This document shows, piece after piece, positions 40,960-53,044 of a DNA stretch of 64,000 bases. A program made the translations under genes and the position numbers. Below the pieces are notes generated by a model. That model was not told the DNA's origin and did no database searches. It saw only the letters and a list, made by a program, of their open reading frames with translations. Source of the stretch: Chara braunii. Its lineage: Eukaryota; Plantae; Charophyceae. Location: NCBI GenBank assembly GCA_003427395.1, contig BFEA01000046.1:3632933-3696932 (forward strand), written 5' to 3'. Position 1 is the first letter of the stretch. Every line of letters starts with the position of its first letter.

Positions 40960-40965
40960 CTATCT
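40864..40965. repeat. (CT)n(ATCT)n microsatellite
   Basis: Directly visible. Confidence 0.95.
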
Positions 40966-41076
40966 GCAGCTGACTTGATCTGAATCTGAATCTGACTTAA
41001 ACGAAAACGGATCTAAGCCCCCGCCCCAAAAAAATACGCACTTATTTAGATTCCCAACATTTTCGAAAACACCAAC

Positions 41077-41143
41077 GAGCCTAGCTCAGTTGGTACACCC
41101 ATGAACAGTTGAAATGCAGACCTGAGTTCGCATCCCGATGAAA
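41077..41143 (+). mobile_element. tRNA-derived SINE-like head
   Basis: A box TAGCTCAGTTGG and B box-like GAGTTCGCATCC, but no cloverleaf. Relatives at 48261/49442, 52801 and 57711. Confidence 0.6.
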
Positions 41144-41292
41144 CTTGATGAACGGAATTGAATCATTCTGAATTCAAAAAATACAAAATCAAAAAGCACA
41201 ATTAGTAAAGGGGCAATCAGCAGCTACCTCACTCGCTACATGCAATTACTTGTCATCTTTCCGCTCGGAAAGGCATTGAAAAAAAAAAAAAA

Positions 41293-41377
41293 GTGCCATC
41301 CTTCCACACGGACCCTGCTAATTCGTTGATTAGTCTTCTATTTATCCTTCAGAATTTTAACGGACGTGCGGAAGGAC
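41293..41377 (-). pseudogene. U6: Degenerate U6 copy with an insertion of about 12 nt
   Basis: Minus strand GTCCTTCCGCACGTCCGTTAAAATT...TAGAAGA[ins]TTAGCAGGGTCCGTGTGGAAGGATGGCAC followed by T14. Confidence 0.7.
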
Positions 41378-41490
41378 ATCAAAGAACTTTTTTTTTTTTT
41401 TTTTTGAAATGCGATTGCGTTGACACTGGGCATTATCCAATTCGACGTAGTCAAGCTTAAAAACAATCAAAAATTCTACGTAATTAAGTT

Positions 41491-41968
41491 TAAAGCTATG
41501 TTACCAGCGCAACCCGGGACCACTTGCTCGGCAGAGCCAAAAATGGACAAATAAATAAAAAAATTAAAAATGACAATTGAAAAATCTATTTTTTCAATTT
41601 TAATTTGTCGAAGTTTTTTTTCGCTCCAATTTTAACGGATGTCCCGAAGGACATGGCAAAGAATTCCGATCCGACCCTGAGGCAAAAGTTGCTCAGTTTA
41701 TTTTTCTGAACAACTTCTTTTGTTTTTGGTTCTTACCTTTCCCTGTGTTGGGAAACACGGGAAACACACTACTCCGAAAAGTTTGGAGGCCCGGTGGAGG
41801 CTCGACAGGAAAGAAAAATAGAGAAAACATTGGGACCTTGTGGGCCTGTGGTTACACAAAAAAAAAAAAAAAACTAAGACTTCGAATCCAGCGACGTACG
41901 TCCGGGAAGGCGCTCACGGAGGTGGGAGTCACACCAGTGCAGGCGACCAGGTTGGTAACACAGGTTTA
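41491..41968. mobile_element. MITE carrying a U6 5' fragment
   Basis: Imperfect TIR TAAAGCTATGTTACCA...TGGTAACACAGGTTTA; internal similarity to the 39167 MITE. Confidence 0.65.
41621..41652 (-). pseudogene. U6: U6 5' fragment (32 nt)
   Basis: GTCCTTCGGGACATCCGTTAAAATTGGAGCGA followed by A7. Confidence 0.8.
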
Positions 41969-42059
41969 AAGTGTAAACAACACAACAATCAAAATTCTGC
42001 GTCATCAGTTTTTAAAAGCATGACAATTCTACGTAATTAAGCTTAAAAGCGATCAGCAA

Positions 42060-43620
42060 TCAATGTCGTCCGCTCGGACCTCTCGACAATAATGGGAAGG
42101 AGCGTTGTAGGAGTATAGTCTAAATTGTGCCATTTTTGACTTGCCAGTGCAAAAGGGCAAAAGGGAAAAAAGTGACGACCCAGCTAATTCAGAGAAACTC
42201 TAAGGAGATTTGGGAGGAGGGGGGTACACTCACCTTCAGAACGATTGAGGACTTCGACTCCTATTCGTCTATCCCAAAAAATAAGGCGGTTATTACTTGG
42301 AGCCTTCACCGGATTTATCAGATGTCATCTAATGCGGAGTTAGCAGTGCTGGGCATACTCACCTTACAAAGACTCCTACGATTACAAAATTACCCGAAGA
42401 AATAGTTCGAAGATTGCCTGGAAAAATTCGTCAGAAGACGGGCACCGTCATGGACAGTATGGGAAAATAAATATTGTGGATGGTAAATAATGAGATGCTA
42501 CGATATAACTGAGGGACCATTCACGATTCTCAGTAACCTACGCGAATATGAGAAAGTTTTGAAGAGTATTTTCCATTTGCCACGTTATTTCGACCACGGA
42601 CCCTGTGAAAATCCACAACGTAGAAGAGCAGGATTTCATGTATCCCCTACGGATTTCTTGCAGGAAACTTTTCAAAAAGGACAATACAAGGAAGGTTGGG
42701 CCTGGAAACTCCGCATAGCTTACTCCTTTTCGGATTTATTTTCTGTTTAAATTAAATTATTTTTTTTATTTTTCGGACCTAATTTTCGGATTTATTAATT
42801 TCCGGATTTATTTCTCGTACAATTATTCGAATATTTTTCGGAGATTTTCTCAGATTTTTTCTTTTATTTTCGAAATTTTCGGCGAATTTCTCGGATTTCA
42901 TTCTTTGTTTTTCTAGAAAAAGACGAAACCAGGTAAGATGGGCCTGGTAACTCTGCGTAGCTGTTTTCTTTTCTTTTCATTTCTTACGGATTTCAATTTA
43001 AGGTTTTCGGAAAGGACGAAACCAGGTAAGATGGGCCTGGTAACTCCGAGTAACCGACCTCTCTTCAACCCTATATTTCGGATGCAAAATTTTTTTGGAA
43101 CCCATCTTTAGGTACCAGTGGCTTTCGGTGAAGGAAAAACGTGTTACGGGGAAACTGAAACTAAGGGAATACGGACTCTACCGAGAGTACTCTGCAGTAA
43201 CTTAGGATGAAGGTAAGTATTTATCTACGGACTCTACCGAGCACTCTGCAGTAACTTAGGATGAAGGTACGTATTTATCTCCAAGTTAGAACCTCACCTT
43301 TACTTGGAATTGTGTTCTACCCTTCTGATGAGCCTGAAATCTGGCTCCGGTCGAAACCGGTAGAGCGAAGCCAGAATACCACCGTCCGTAACGGGCGGAG
43401 GTTGTAGCCATAGCTAGCAGCTCTTGGTTCCGAGCTCCTTTTTTTCTGAAGAGTTAGCATAGCTTTTCGATTCTGAGTTACACATTTTGGCATGTTGCAC
43501 TCGCCACGTGCTTGTGTTTTGCGTACTGCTCACTTCAGTATCTGCTGACGTCGGCCCTCGCTCTACAACTCCAGCAGTGCAAAAGGAACCGGACTCCCAA
43601 AAAAAAAAAAAAAAAAAAAA
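42060..43620 (+). mobile_element. Penelope-like element 3' fragment: RT C-terminus (42127-42486, internal stop) and 3' region with hammerhead
   Basis: PFLT..., FRTIEDFDSYSSIPKNKAVITWSLHRIYQMSS...LRLQNYP is a PLE thumb-like motif; downstream hammerhead motif. Confidence 0.65.
43312..43379 (+). ncRNA. Type I hammerhead ribozyme (candidate)
   Basis: Core CUGAUGA (43325-43331), GAAA (43353-43356), palindromic ACCGGU stem III, GUA cleavage triplet (43360-43362). Stem I is CUU/GAG plus GUGUUCU/AGAAUAC. Confidence 0.78.
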
Positions 43621-44063
43621 AGGGGCTTTGTTTTATTTTAAAAAATAACAAAAAAGAAAAAAAAAGAGTTAAAATCGATCACAATTGTACGTAATTAAGT
43701 TTCAAACCAATCACAATTTTTTTTCACGAACTGGAGTCTAGAAACAATCACCATTTCTAAAACAAATTCCAAACGTAAGTTCTAAAGCAAGTTCTAAATG
43801 TTAGTTCTAAAACAATTCCCAAAACAACCACACTTCACGATTACACCTTAGAATATTCCTTTTTCACGTACGAACGGTTTATCGAGCTATTCAATCCAAA
43901 TGTCCGTTGATTCGCGCACCGTTACCAAGCAACTCTTCGCTTGGGTTTCGTCATGCGCAAGCGCCGTACCGCTTTTTCACTAAAAACGCACACGAGAGGA
44001 ACCACGTGACTGGACCACGGACGAAACTTCGGCCAGATTCATTCCGGTTTGCGCGCCGGGGGG

Positions 44064-44998
44064 NNNNNNNNNNNNNNNNNNNNNNNNNNNNNNNNNNNNN
44101 NNNNNNNNNNNNNNNNNNNNNNNNNNNNNNNNNNNNNNNNNNNNNNNNNNNNNNNNNNNNNNNNNNNNNNNNNNNNNNNNNNNNNNNNNNNNNNNNNNNN
44201 NNNNNNNNNNNNNNNNNNNNNNNNNNNNNNNNNNNNNNNNNNNNNNNNNNNNNNNNNNNNNNNNNNNNNNNNNNNNNNNNNNNNNNNNNNNNNNNNNNNN
44301 NNNNNNNNNNNNNNNNNNNNNNNNNNNNNNNNNNNNNNNNNNNNNNNNNNNNNNNNNNNNNNNNNNNNNNNNNNNNNNNNNNNNNNNNNNNNNNNNNNNN
44401 NNNNNNNNNNNNNNNNNNNNNNNNNNNNNNNNNNNNNNNNNNNNNNNNNNNNNNNNNNNNNNNNNNNNNNNNNNNNNNNNNNNNNNNNNNNNNNNNNNNN
44501 NNNNNNNNNNNNNNNNNNNNNNNNNNNNNNNNNNNNNNNNNNNNNNNNNNNNNNNNNNNNNNNNNNNNNNNNNNNNNNNNNNNNNNNNNNNNNNNNNNNN
44601 NNNNNNNNNNNNNNNNNNNNNNNNNNNNNNNNNNNNNNNNNNNNNNNNNNNNNNNNNNNNNNNNNNNNNNNNNNNNNNNNNNNNNNNNNNNNNNNNNNNN
44701 NNNNNNNNNNNNNNNNNNNNNNNNNNNNNNNNNNNNNNNNNNNNNNNNNNNNNNNNNNNNNNNNNNNNNNNNNNNNNNNNNNNNNNNNNNNNNNNNNNNN
44801 NNNNNNNNNNNNNNNNNNNNNNNNNNNNNNNNNNNNNNNNNNNNNNNNNNNNNNNNNNNNNNNNNNNNNNNNNNNNNNNNNNNNNNNNNNNNNNNNNNNN
44901 NNNNNNNNNNNNNNNNNNNNNNNNNNNNNNNNNNNNNNNNNNNNNNNNNNNNNNNNNNNNNNNNNNNNNNNNNNNNNNNNNNNNNNNNNNNNNNNNNN
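44064..44998. other. Assembly gap (N run); further gaps at 46760-46845 and 59176-59325
   Basis: N characters. Confidence 1.
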
Positions 44999-45068
<70 letters not shown>

Positions 45069-48000
45069 GACACACACACACACACACACACACTGCACAT
45101 GCGCACGCAAATACACAGCAAGCAGAATCGCGCCAGAAGACCTTCGATATTGCCTGCCTCGTTCCCGCCAACCACCACCAATAAATCAAGTGAAAAAAAA
45201 AAAGCTGGGCAGGACGACGTACATAACAGTACCCACTGTCCCGACGGTTTGATCACCTTAATATCCATAACATAATTATGGTCCGTTGTTCGTTTTCCTC
45301 ACTCCCTCATTGCCGTCCTCCTGCTTCTTCTTCTTCTGCTGCTGATTATCAACTCCTTCGACCAGATCAATGCTCTCCCTGTTCTCGTCTCTCGCGCTTT
45401 GACTTCCACTTCCCTCCTTTGTTTCATCGCAAATCCACCTTCGATCATCAGAACGCGAGACCCCCTTCCCCCCCCCTCGTACTACCCAGCTGATTCATTC
45501 TGTCGAAAGCACGTGTCCGTCCGTACATCCTCTCTTTCCCTAAACCTCTCATCCTCGTGCTCTTCATTCTTCCCCCCTGGCTACATTCCCGCAACCCCCG
45601 GGATTTTTTCTAGCCTCCCTCTCTCCCCCTTCTTCTTGTCTCTCCTCCTCCGCCGCCTTTGCCCTCATGCTCCTGCTTCCGGCCCCCATCATCCTCTGCA
45701 TCAAAATCCATCAGAGTGGCCTCCCTCCGTCCTTTTGTTCTGGGTCGTGATCATCTCTGGCTCCTAATCAGCGTCACTTTCTTCAGAATTTTCTTCTGCT
45801 TGCCCTCCCTCCTCCTCCTCCTTGACACCCTTCGCCTTCCTCCTCTTTCTGCTGCTCCTCGTCCTCCTCCTCCTCTTTCATCTACCTTTTCTCGCATCAC
45901 CCTCCCTCTACACCTGACGCTTCTTCTTCTGCATTTAGAGAATCCGCAGGCAAGTATCATACACAAGACTCCTAATCGGTGAGGAAGAAGCAAAACAAAC
46001 CATTAGCACGCAAGAAAAACAGTGGAGCAGTGATTGGGCACGCATGCGTCAGCGCCGTTGCTAGATAGCTACGTGAGGGCACGAGGGATACCTACCCTAT
46101 CCTTACTTTTTTTACCTTCGCTATGCTAGCTGCACGATACGCACGTATGTATACATACATACGTATATATATTGTCACAAGAGTATCAGAGCGCACATGC
46201 GAACGAAAAGGAAAAAAGAAAGAAAAACAAGAAAAAATGAATTCAGTTTTTTATCTTCTTCCTTATAACTCCCCCTGTTCAGAACCTCTTGCGTACAAAG
46301 GCCGCCCACGTGGATGTAGGTTGAGCGGCGGCTGCCCCCAACCCCGTGTGTCATATCGACCCACTTGCACACAGCCAAAAGGCAAAGAGGCAAAGAAAAG
46401 AGGAAGGGAACAGCCAAAAAAAACAGAACAGGGGGCATATACATACATATACATACATATATATATGTACAAGTGCGCATACACCGACCTCAATTTCGTA
46501 ATTCAGGGAAAAGGAGCAGAGCCAAAAGAATGAAGAAAAGGGTAGGTGGTAGGATGGGAACAGTAACAAGAAGGTGATTGGCAGGCCTTCGAAATGAAGA
46601 AATGCACAAACATTATTTCAAATGAGGACGGGAAAAAGAGAGGGAAAAGAGACAGACCCAAAACATTAACCGACAGAGAACGGGAGAGGGGGGGGGGGGG
46701 GGGAGAAGGGGGAAAAGAGGGGGGTAAGGAGGGACGTAGAGAGGGGGGGGGGGAAGGAGNNNNNNNNNNNNNNNNNNNNNNNNNNNNNNNNNNNNNNNNN
46801 NNNNNNNNNNNNNNNNNNNNNNNNNNNNNNNNNNNNNNNNNNNNNAGACAGACCCAAAACATTAACCGACAGAGAACGGGGGGGGGGGGGGGGGGGGCGA
46901 GAAGGCGGAAAAGAGGGAGGTAAGGAGGGACGTAGAGAGGGAGGGAGGGAAGGAGTGAGGGATGAGGGAGGACGGACCGAGGGAGGGAGGGAAGGAAGGT
47001 TGATCACCATTATTCTCAACAAGAAAAACGGCATGGCAACGTTGAAGATGACCTAGAGGTCACCGGGATGCCGATATACCCTAATCAATCAAAATAATTA
47101 ATCAATCAATCAAGAATCAATCAAGAATCAATCAATCAATCAGCAAAGTGACTATGGCGTCGACTACCTGTCCTGCTCCGTTGCTCCTTCCTCCTAGCAG
47201 GCACGGCACGCTAGCTCCGTTGACATCTGGCCTGTGATGGCCCTCCTGCTGCACGCCGAGAGCACCTGATGTAGCACAACCGGCAGAGAGGGTTCCAGAA
47301 ATGGCAGTGGCAGTCTGCGCTATCATTTTCTGCCTGTTCGCAGCTTTGATGCTACAAGGATTGACACGCGCGGAGAAAGCGCCGGGTGCGACAGCGGAGA
47401 GCGCGCGAGCGCGGAAGCGGGGCAGCGGAGGAGCTCGGGGGGGGTACGGCAGGACGCGCGGTCGAAAAGGGGGGGAGAGAGAATGGGCACCTACGAGTGA
47501 AAAATCTTCGCGTTCGTTTGCCTGCCTGGCTCTCATAACACACCTATGCCTGCCTGCCCGGCTCACGCCTGCGTTTCCCAACGCGAGCTAGGCAATCGGT
47601 GGGCCTCGCCATCCCCCGCCCTCACTGAGCTGACCCTGGCACTCGGGCTTTTCTAGCCATCGTGTCGTGTACAACGTATCTTGCCGTAACTCCGACGTTA
47701 CGAGTGGAGGCCTCGCTGCACTACTCACTAAATGTGCGAAGTAAGCATGATTCTTCGGATAGAACACGGAAAGATTCACCGCCATAATTTTTTGTCTTTT
47801 GTGCATGTGGTGAGTAGTGGAGCGAGGCCCCATGTGTGTCCATGTTGGCGTTGGCGTGGTAACAAAAAGGCCTTGCTGCTGTTCATTCATTCAATCACGG
47901 CGAGCCCGAACCCAGTTATGCCAAAGATTCGACAGGTAATTGAATTGGTTGGGAAGCCAACCCAGTTTTCGCACACGCATCCGCGGCTGCTGAGCCCCAC

Positions 48001-48281
48001 CAGAGCGCCACCAGTGGGAGCTGAACTCTGAAGATGCCCTCGTTCCCCGCCAGATGCCTCGCACCGCCAGCCCGACATCCCCCAACAGGCGGGAGAACTC
48101 CCTTTCCTTCCAATAATTGCTCGACAAAGTGCGGTTCCATTGGCTTACCAAATCTACGCCGGGCTCCGCCGCTCAACACCTTCCGCCCGACGCGCGGGTC
48201 AAAAGCTCGTCCTACCACCGGAGTACAGGCGGGGTACGGAGGTACTAGTAAAAATTCGGGTCTCGCTCAGTTGGTACACCC

Positions 48282-49441
48282 AGAACGACGCTGGCCGGAG
48301 CTGGGGTGTTACCCTGTGACCTGTTGATGCAGGAGCATGAGGCCTGGTAGAGAGATCTGGAGATGCTTAGGGGTGGGCATCCTACGGAACAGCTAAGGGT
48401 TGCTGCTGGGACGACGCTGGTCGGAGCTGGGGTGAGTTGTGTCACCCTGTAACCTAGCAGGATGTGGGGTGTGAGACCTGGAAGAGCTCGGCAGGGAGTA
48501 GGACTGTTGAACGGCCTCGGAAGGGGCGTTAGGGATTCCAAGGGTTTCTGAGCATTTGTAGGACCCGCCAGGTCTTTTTCTATGTTGTCAATTACAAGTT
48601 TTTACTTAGTTAAATCCAGTTCTCAAAAAAGGGGGTAGTCTGTTCTGTCTTTAAAATGTCTTCTGGATCCTGGGGTTTCCTGGCAATCTCTTCTAGGTAG
48701 TCTCAAGGCTGTAATACTNGGTGACTTAAGGCTGTTCGACNCCAGAACGANGCTGGCCGGTGCCGGGGTGTTGCCCTGTAACCTGTTGACGCAGGGGCAT
48801 GAGGCCTGGTAGAGAGATCTGGGGGTGCTTTGGGGGGGCATCCCACGGGACAACCAAGGGTTGCTGCTGAGACGACGCTGGCCGGAGCTGGGGTGAGTTG
48901 TGTTGCCCTGTAACCCAGCAGGATGGGGGGTGTGAGGCCTGGAAGCTCGGCAGGGAATACGATAGTGTTGGAGATCCTTGGAAGGTTTTGTTAGGGATTT
49001 TGCGGGATTGGGGGCTTTTTTAGGACTTTTGCAGTCTACTCCCGTACCTTTTTCTGAGCAACGGGAAGGAAAGGGATCGAGAGAGAAAGGTATCACGCGT
49101 CCTGCTAGTGAAGGGGCTAGCTGGTAGGACAGAAATAGGGCATAGCAGCAGTAGAGATGATGGCTTTGCTGCAGTAAGTCTTGCCAGAGTGGGGTGAGGA
49201 GGACTGTTGGTGGATTCCCGAGTCTTCTTCTGGTTTTTTACTATCTCTGAAGTTCCTTACAAAAAAGCTTTGAAGTAGGTCTAAATTCCTTCAATTGGAC
49301 TTTCTCAGAACATCCTTAGTTTCACTGTTATGAAATTTTTGATGGTTTTTTTGAACGTACTCATGGTATGGTGGGCCCGGTTCCCAGCTCGTGCCAATTT
49401 GAGAGCATGTGTTTAAAATAAATATATAAAAAAAAAAAAAA
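48282..49441 (+). mobile_element. 5'-truncated polyA retroposon with internal tandem repeats
   Basis: PolyA end at 49428-49441 and 9-bp TSD GGTACACCC (48273-48281 / 49442-49450). The empty site is visible at 52801-52830. Confidence 0.78.
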
Positions 49442-49484
49442 GGTACACCCCGAAATGCAGGCTCTAGGTCAGAGTCCAGTGAAA

Positions 49485-49556
49485 GCAGATGAGCTCAGTT
49501 GGTAAGGCACGCAAGTGGCATTTAGGAGGCTTTGGGTTCAATCCCCATCCGCCTCA
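49485..49556 (+). pseudogene. tRNA-derived (Ala-like) pseudogene/SINE
   Basis: AGCTCAGTTGG A box and GGTTCAATCCC B box; degenerate acceptor and anticodon stems. Second copy at 52856-52927. Confidence 0.6.
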
Positions 49557-49673
49557 TATAGCTTCCTTCCTAGCCAAGCTTGGCGCCCGCCACGTACTGT
49601 CTTAGCCCGAATGTCCGTTGTATACCAGGAGTTTTAGGGTACAACTTTGTAGGAGTTTGTAGTACCAGACATA

Positions 49674-50971
49674 GGGCCTCGTTAGACACTCCTTGTGGAC
49701 CCGAAATCCACAAGGAAGTGCTCGTGGGACGATTCGTGAAAAAAAATGTGAAAACAGCACAAGGAAATTTCCTTGTGGCTACAGCCAATTTTTCCTAATC
49801 CCCAAGGGACCTCCCAAGGTCTCTCGGAGCACAAGGAAGCGCGAAATTCAGAGTGGCGAAGGCATGCGTCGACGCACAGTTTCAGTTTGAGGGTGGTTCA
49901 GACGTGGTCCGCCAAACTGGAGCACGAACATCCCTGCCCTCCACCGTCTGGGTGGCACCCCAACGGCTCCAAACGGGCACCGTCGGCATGAGGCCTTCGT
50001 CCGTCTAATCGGACGTCCCCGACCGGTGTCATGCGGACTGCTGCGCTGGCCGATCGTTGACAACGGTCGGAAATTTGAATGTTTGTACGCATCGGCGTTG
50101 TGTTCAGCGACGACAGTTTTATTTTGGAAAATTGTCGTTTTCGTCGGTTGTCGTCACGCCTTGCACGTCAGAGCACAGATCTTCCCTCGCTTTTTCTTCT
50201 GTCGACGGAATTCTTCGCTGGACGGTCGACCACTAACGTGGAGCTGCTGCCGTTTCCACGGCCCTTACATGGCCGACCTGCTGCACAGGCTGCCTCTGCT
50301 ACTCCTCGTCGTCGTGCTGCTTCTCATCGTTGTCTCCTTCCACGCGTGTTTGGTCGGCCTGCTCCCTGTCACGGCTCACAAAAGGAGATCTTCCAAGAAC
50401 GGCGACAGGATGGATCGACAATTGACCAACGGCAGACCGGCAGCTCCCTATCCTACTCCCTGTCCTGCGCTTCATCCACCACCTCGGCGTTGCTCGAGAA
50501 ATCGCTCCGCAACCCAACGCGTAGCACAGCTGAACAACAGTCTCCAAGGTCGCTACGTAGTCGGGGCCATCGTCTGAAGCTTGCATCAATGTCCTCCGTC
50601 TGCACACGCAGCGGCTCCTTCAGTCGTCCCAGTGCCCTCTCCTGCTGACATCGAAGAACAACGGTAGACACGGACGCCACCACGGCCTGCAGCTCAAAAG
50701 GTGTCAACACCGCACGTCCACCCTCTCCGCCGACCTCCATAGTCGCAATCTGGACACGGACCCGTTGCTCCGCTACCGTGTGTGTCGTCCTTCCACACCC
50801 AACGAAGAAGCCGAAGATGTCCGTCAAAGTTGGCCCCTTTTCTCTGGATGCAGTCCCGCAGACGAAAATGTGTTCCAAGGCGCAGTCGACGTGTGTGAAG
50901 GTCGACGACGATGGACGCACCCTACGATGCCTGCGCACTTGCAACGGCCGGGGGACGGAAGTGACGCCGCC
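49674..50971. mobile_element. Truncated duplicate of the Harbinger deletion derivative
   Basis: TIR GGGCCTCGTTAGACACTCC; colinear with 53045-54360. Confidence 0.8.
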
Positions 50972-51232
50972 ACACAGGCTTTCGAACGAAGGCATTTTTC
51001 GAAAGGTGTCAGACTTTTTTCGAAAGTCTGCTCGTCGAAAGGAACCCCCCCCCTCGCCACACAGACTTTCGAAACACCCAAGCCTTTCAATGTATGCACA
51101 TTAGGGCCTGACTCATTGCTCACTACGGGTGTAAAACAAAAGTCTGAATCTTTGCCTAGAACATGGAAAGATACTTCGCCATAATTTTTGTCCTTTGTGT
51201 ATGTCGAGAGTAGTGGAGGCAGACCCTTGGAA

Positions 51233-51270
51233 CTGTCTCTTATACACATCTAGATGTGTATAAGAGACAG
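51233..51270. other. Nextera mate-pair junction adapter (Tn5 mosaic ends), artefact
   Basis: CTGTCTCTTATACACATCT+AGATGTGTATAAGAGACAG, exact. Confidence 0.98.
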
Positions 51271-51479
51271 GTACTATACATAGGCCCTCGCTGCACTACT
51301 CTCGAAATGTGCAAAACGAGAGTGAATCTTCCCCTAGAATATGGAAAGATACACCACCATGATTTCTGTCTGTTGTCCATGTCGAGAGTAGTGCAGCGAG
51401 GCCCCATGTGTGTCCATGTTGGCGTTGACGTGGTAACAAAAAGGCCTTGCTGCTGTTCATTCATTCAATCACGGCGGCC

Positions 51480-51517
51480 CTGTCTCTTATACACATCTAG
51501 ATGTGTATAAGAGACAG
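51480..51517. other. Second Nextera junction adapter, artefact
   Basis: Same 38-bp palindrome. Confidence 0.98.
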
Positions 51518-52215
51518 GTCTGACACCTTTCGAAACTTTTTCGAAAGGGCTGGTTTCGAAAGGCTGTGTGGCGAAGACACGACCTTGATTTTGCTCTTTT
51601 CGAAAGCCTGTGTGACGAGCCCCTAAGTAATGTGATGTGAGTAGAACGCCTACACCAATCTTCACCCACTGGGTTGCATTCTTTGCGAACAGCAGACCTT
51701 GCAAGCACACGGTCCCGCCCAGTCTATCTCCGTGTTCATGGGCCTCGCTGCACCACTCTTGAAATGTGCAAAACGAGAGTGAATCTTCCCCTAGAATATG
51801 GAAAGATACACCACCATGATTTCTGTCTGTTGTCCATGTCGAGAGTAGTGCAGCGAGGCCCCATGTGTGTCCATGTTGGCGTTGACGTGGTAACAAAAAG
51901 GCCTTGCTGCTGTTCATTCATTCAATCACTGCGAGCCCGAACCCAGTTTATGCCAAAGATTCGACAGGTAATTGAATTGGTTGGGAAGCCAACCCAGTTT
52001 TCGCACACGCATCCGCCGCTGCTGAGCCCTACCAGAGCGCCACCACTGGGAGCTGAACTCTGAAGATGCCCTCATTTCCCACCAGATGCCTCGCACCGCT
52101 AGCCCGACATCCCCCAACAGGCTCCAATAATTGCTCGAGAAAGTGCAGTTTCATTGGCTTACCAAATCCACGCCGGGCGCCACCATTGGGAGCTGAACTC
52201 TGAAGACGCCCTCGG

Positions 52216-52703
52216 TTGTCAACCCCGAGAAAGGGGGTAAGGATCCCGTTTAAAAAATTCAAGAACCCCGAGGAGGGGAAGTAGGTAGTTAGCTATAAGC
52301 CGAACCATAATAGGTTTTGGGGGGTCACGTTAGACCCTAGACACTGTTTACCAGAGACTAGTTGGGGTTAAACAGCAGAGATCTGAGGGAATAGGATTAA
52401 AGTAGGTGGTAGTTTGTCTTGTAAGTCCTTGAGGCCTTTACCTGTTTTAGATCCTTTTTTCTCTTCTTTTTGTTTGTAGTGGTTCCGTTCCTTACACTAA
52501 GCAGAGGTAGAATAGAGTCACAAACAACCTTGTTGATCTTCGACTGGAAAGTGCTCCTTTTTTTAATGTGTTCTTCGGGTCCAGTTGGTCCCGTAAAAAA
52601 CGAAACCGGCTGATGCTGTCGGGATAACTTCGGGTTGAATTGTGAGGTCCCCGGCTTCTTTCTTTCAATGTGTAATATGAAAAGAATTAAAGAAAAAAAA
52701 AAA
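52216..52703 (+). mobile_element. PolyA-tailed retroposon fragment
   Basis: A-rich 3' end; flanked by duplicated aaatccacgc(c/t)gggc; absent from the paralogous site at about 48150. Confidence 0.55.
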
Positions 52704-52855
52704 ATCCACGCTGGGCTCCGCCGCTCAACACCTTCTGCCCGACGCGCGGGACCTACCACCGGGTACAGGCGGGGTACGGAGGTACTAATGAAAATTCGGG
52801 TCTCGCTCAGTTGGTACACCCCGAAATGCAGGCTCGAGTCCAGAGTCCAATGAAA

Positions 52856-52927
52856 GCAGATGAGCTCAGTTGGTAAGACACGCAAGTGGCATTTAGGAGG
52901 CTTTAGGTTCAATACCCATCCGCCTCA
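52856..52927 (+). pseudogene. tRNA-derived (Ala-like) pseudogene/SINE, copy 2
   Basis: Paralog of 49485-49556. Confidence 0.6.
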
Positions 52928-53044
52928 TATAGCTTCCTTCCTGGCCAAGCTTGGCGCCCGCCACGTATTGTCTTAGCCGGAATGTACGTTGTATACCAGG
53001 AGTTTTAGGGTACAACTTTGTAGGAGTTTGTAGTACTAGACATA

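Noticed and set aside
43907-45275. ORFs of about 400 aa
   Set aside because: They span an N gap
47301-47591. Signal-peptide-like small ORF
   Set aside because: Runs into GC-rich repeat sequence with no homology evidence
49485-49556. Functional tRNA gene
   Set aside because: Acceptor and anticodon stems do not pair
51233-51517. Real Tn5/IS50 insertion or horizontal transfer
   Set aside because: Back-to-back mosaic ends are the Nextera mate-pair junction; no transposase is present
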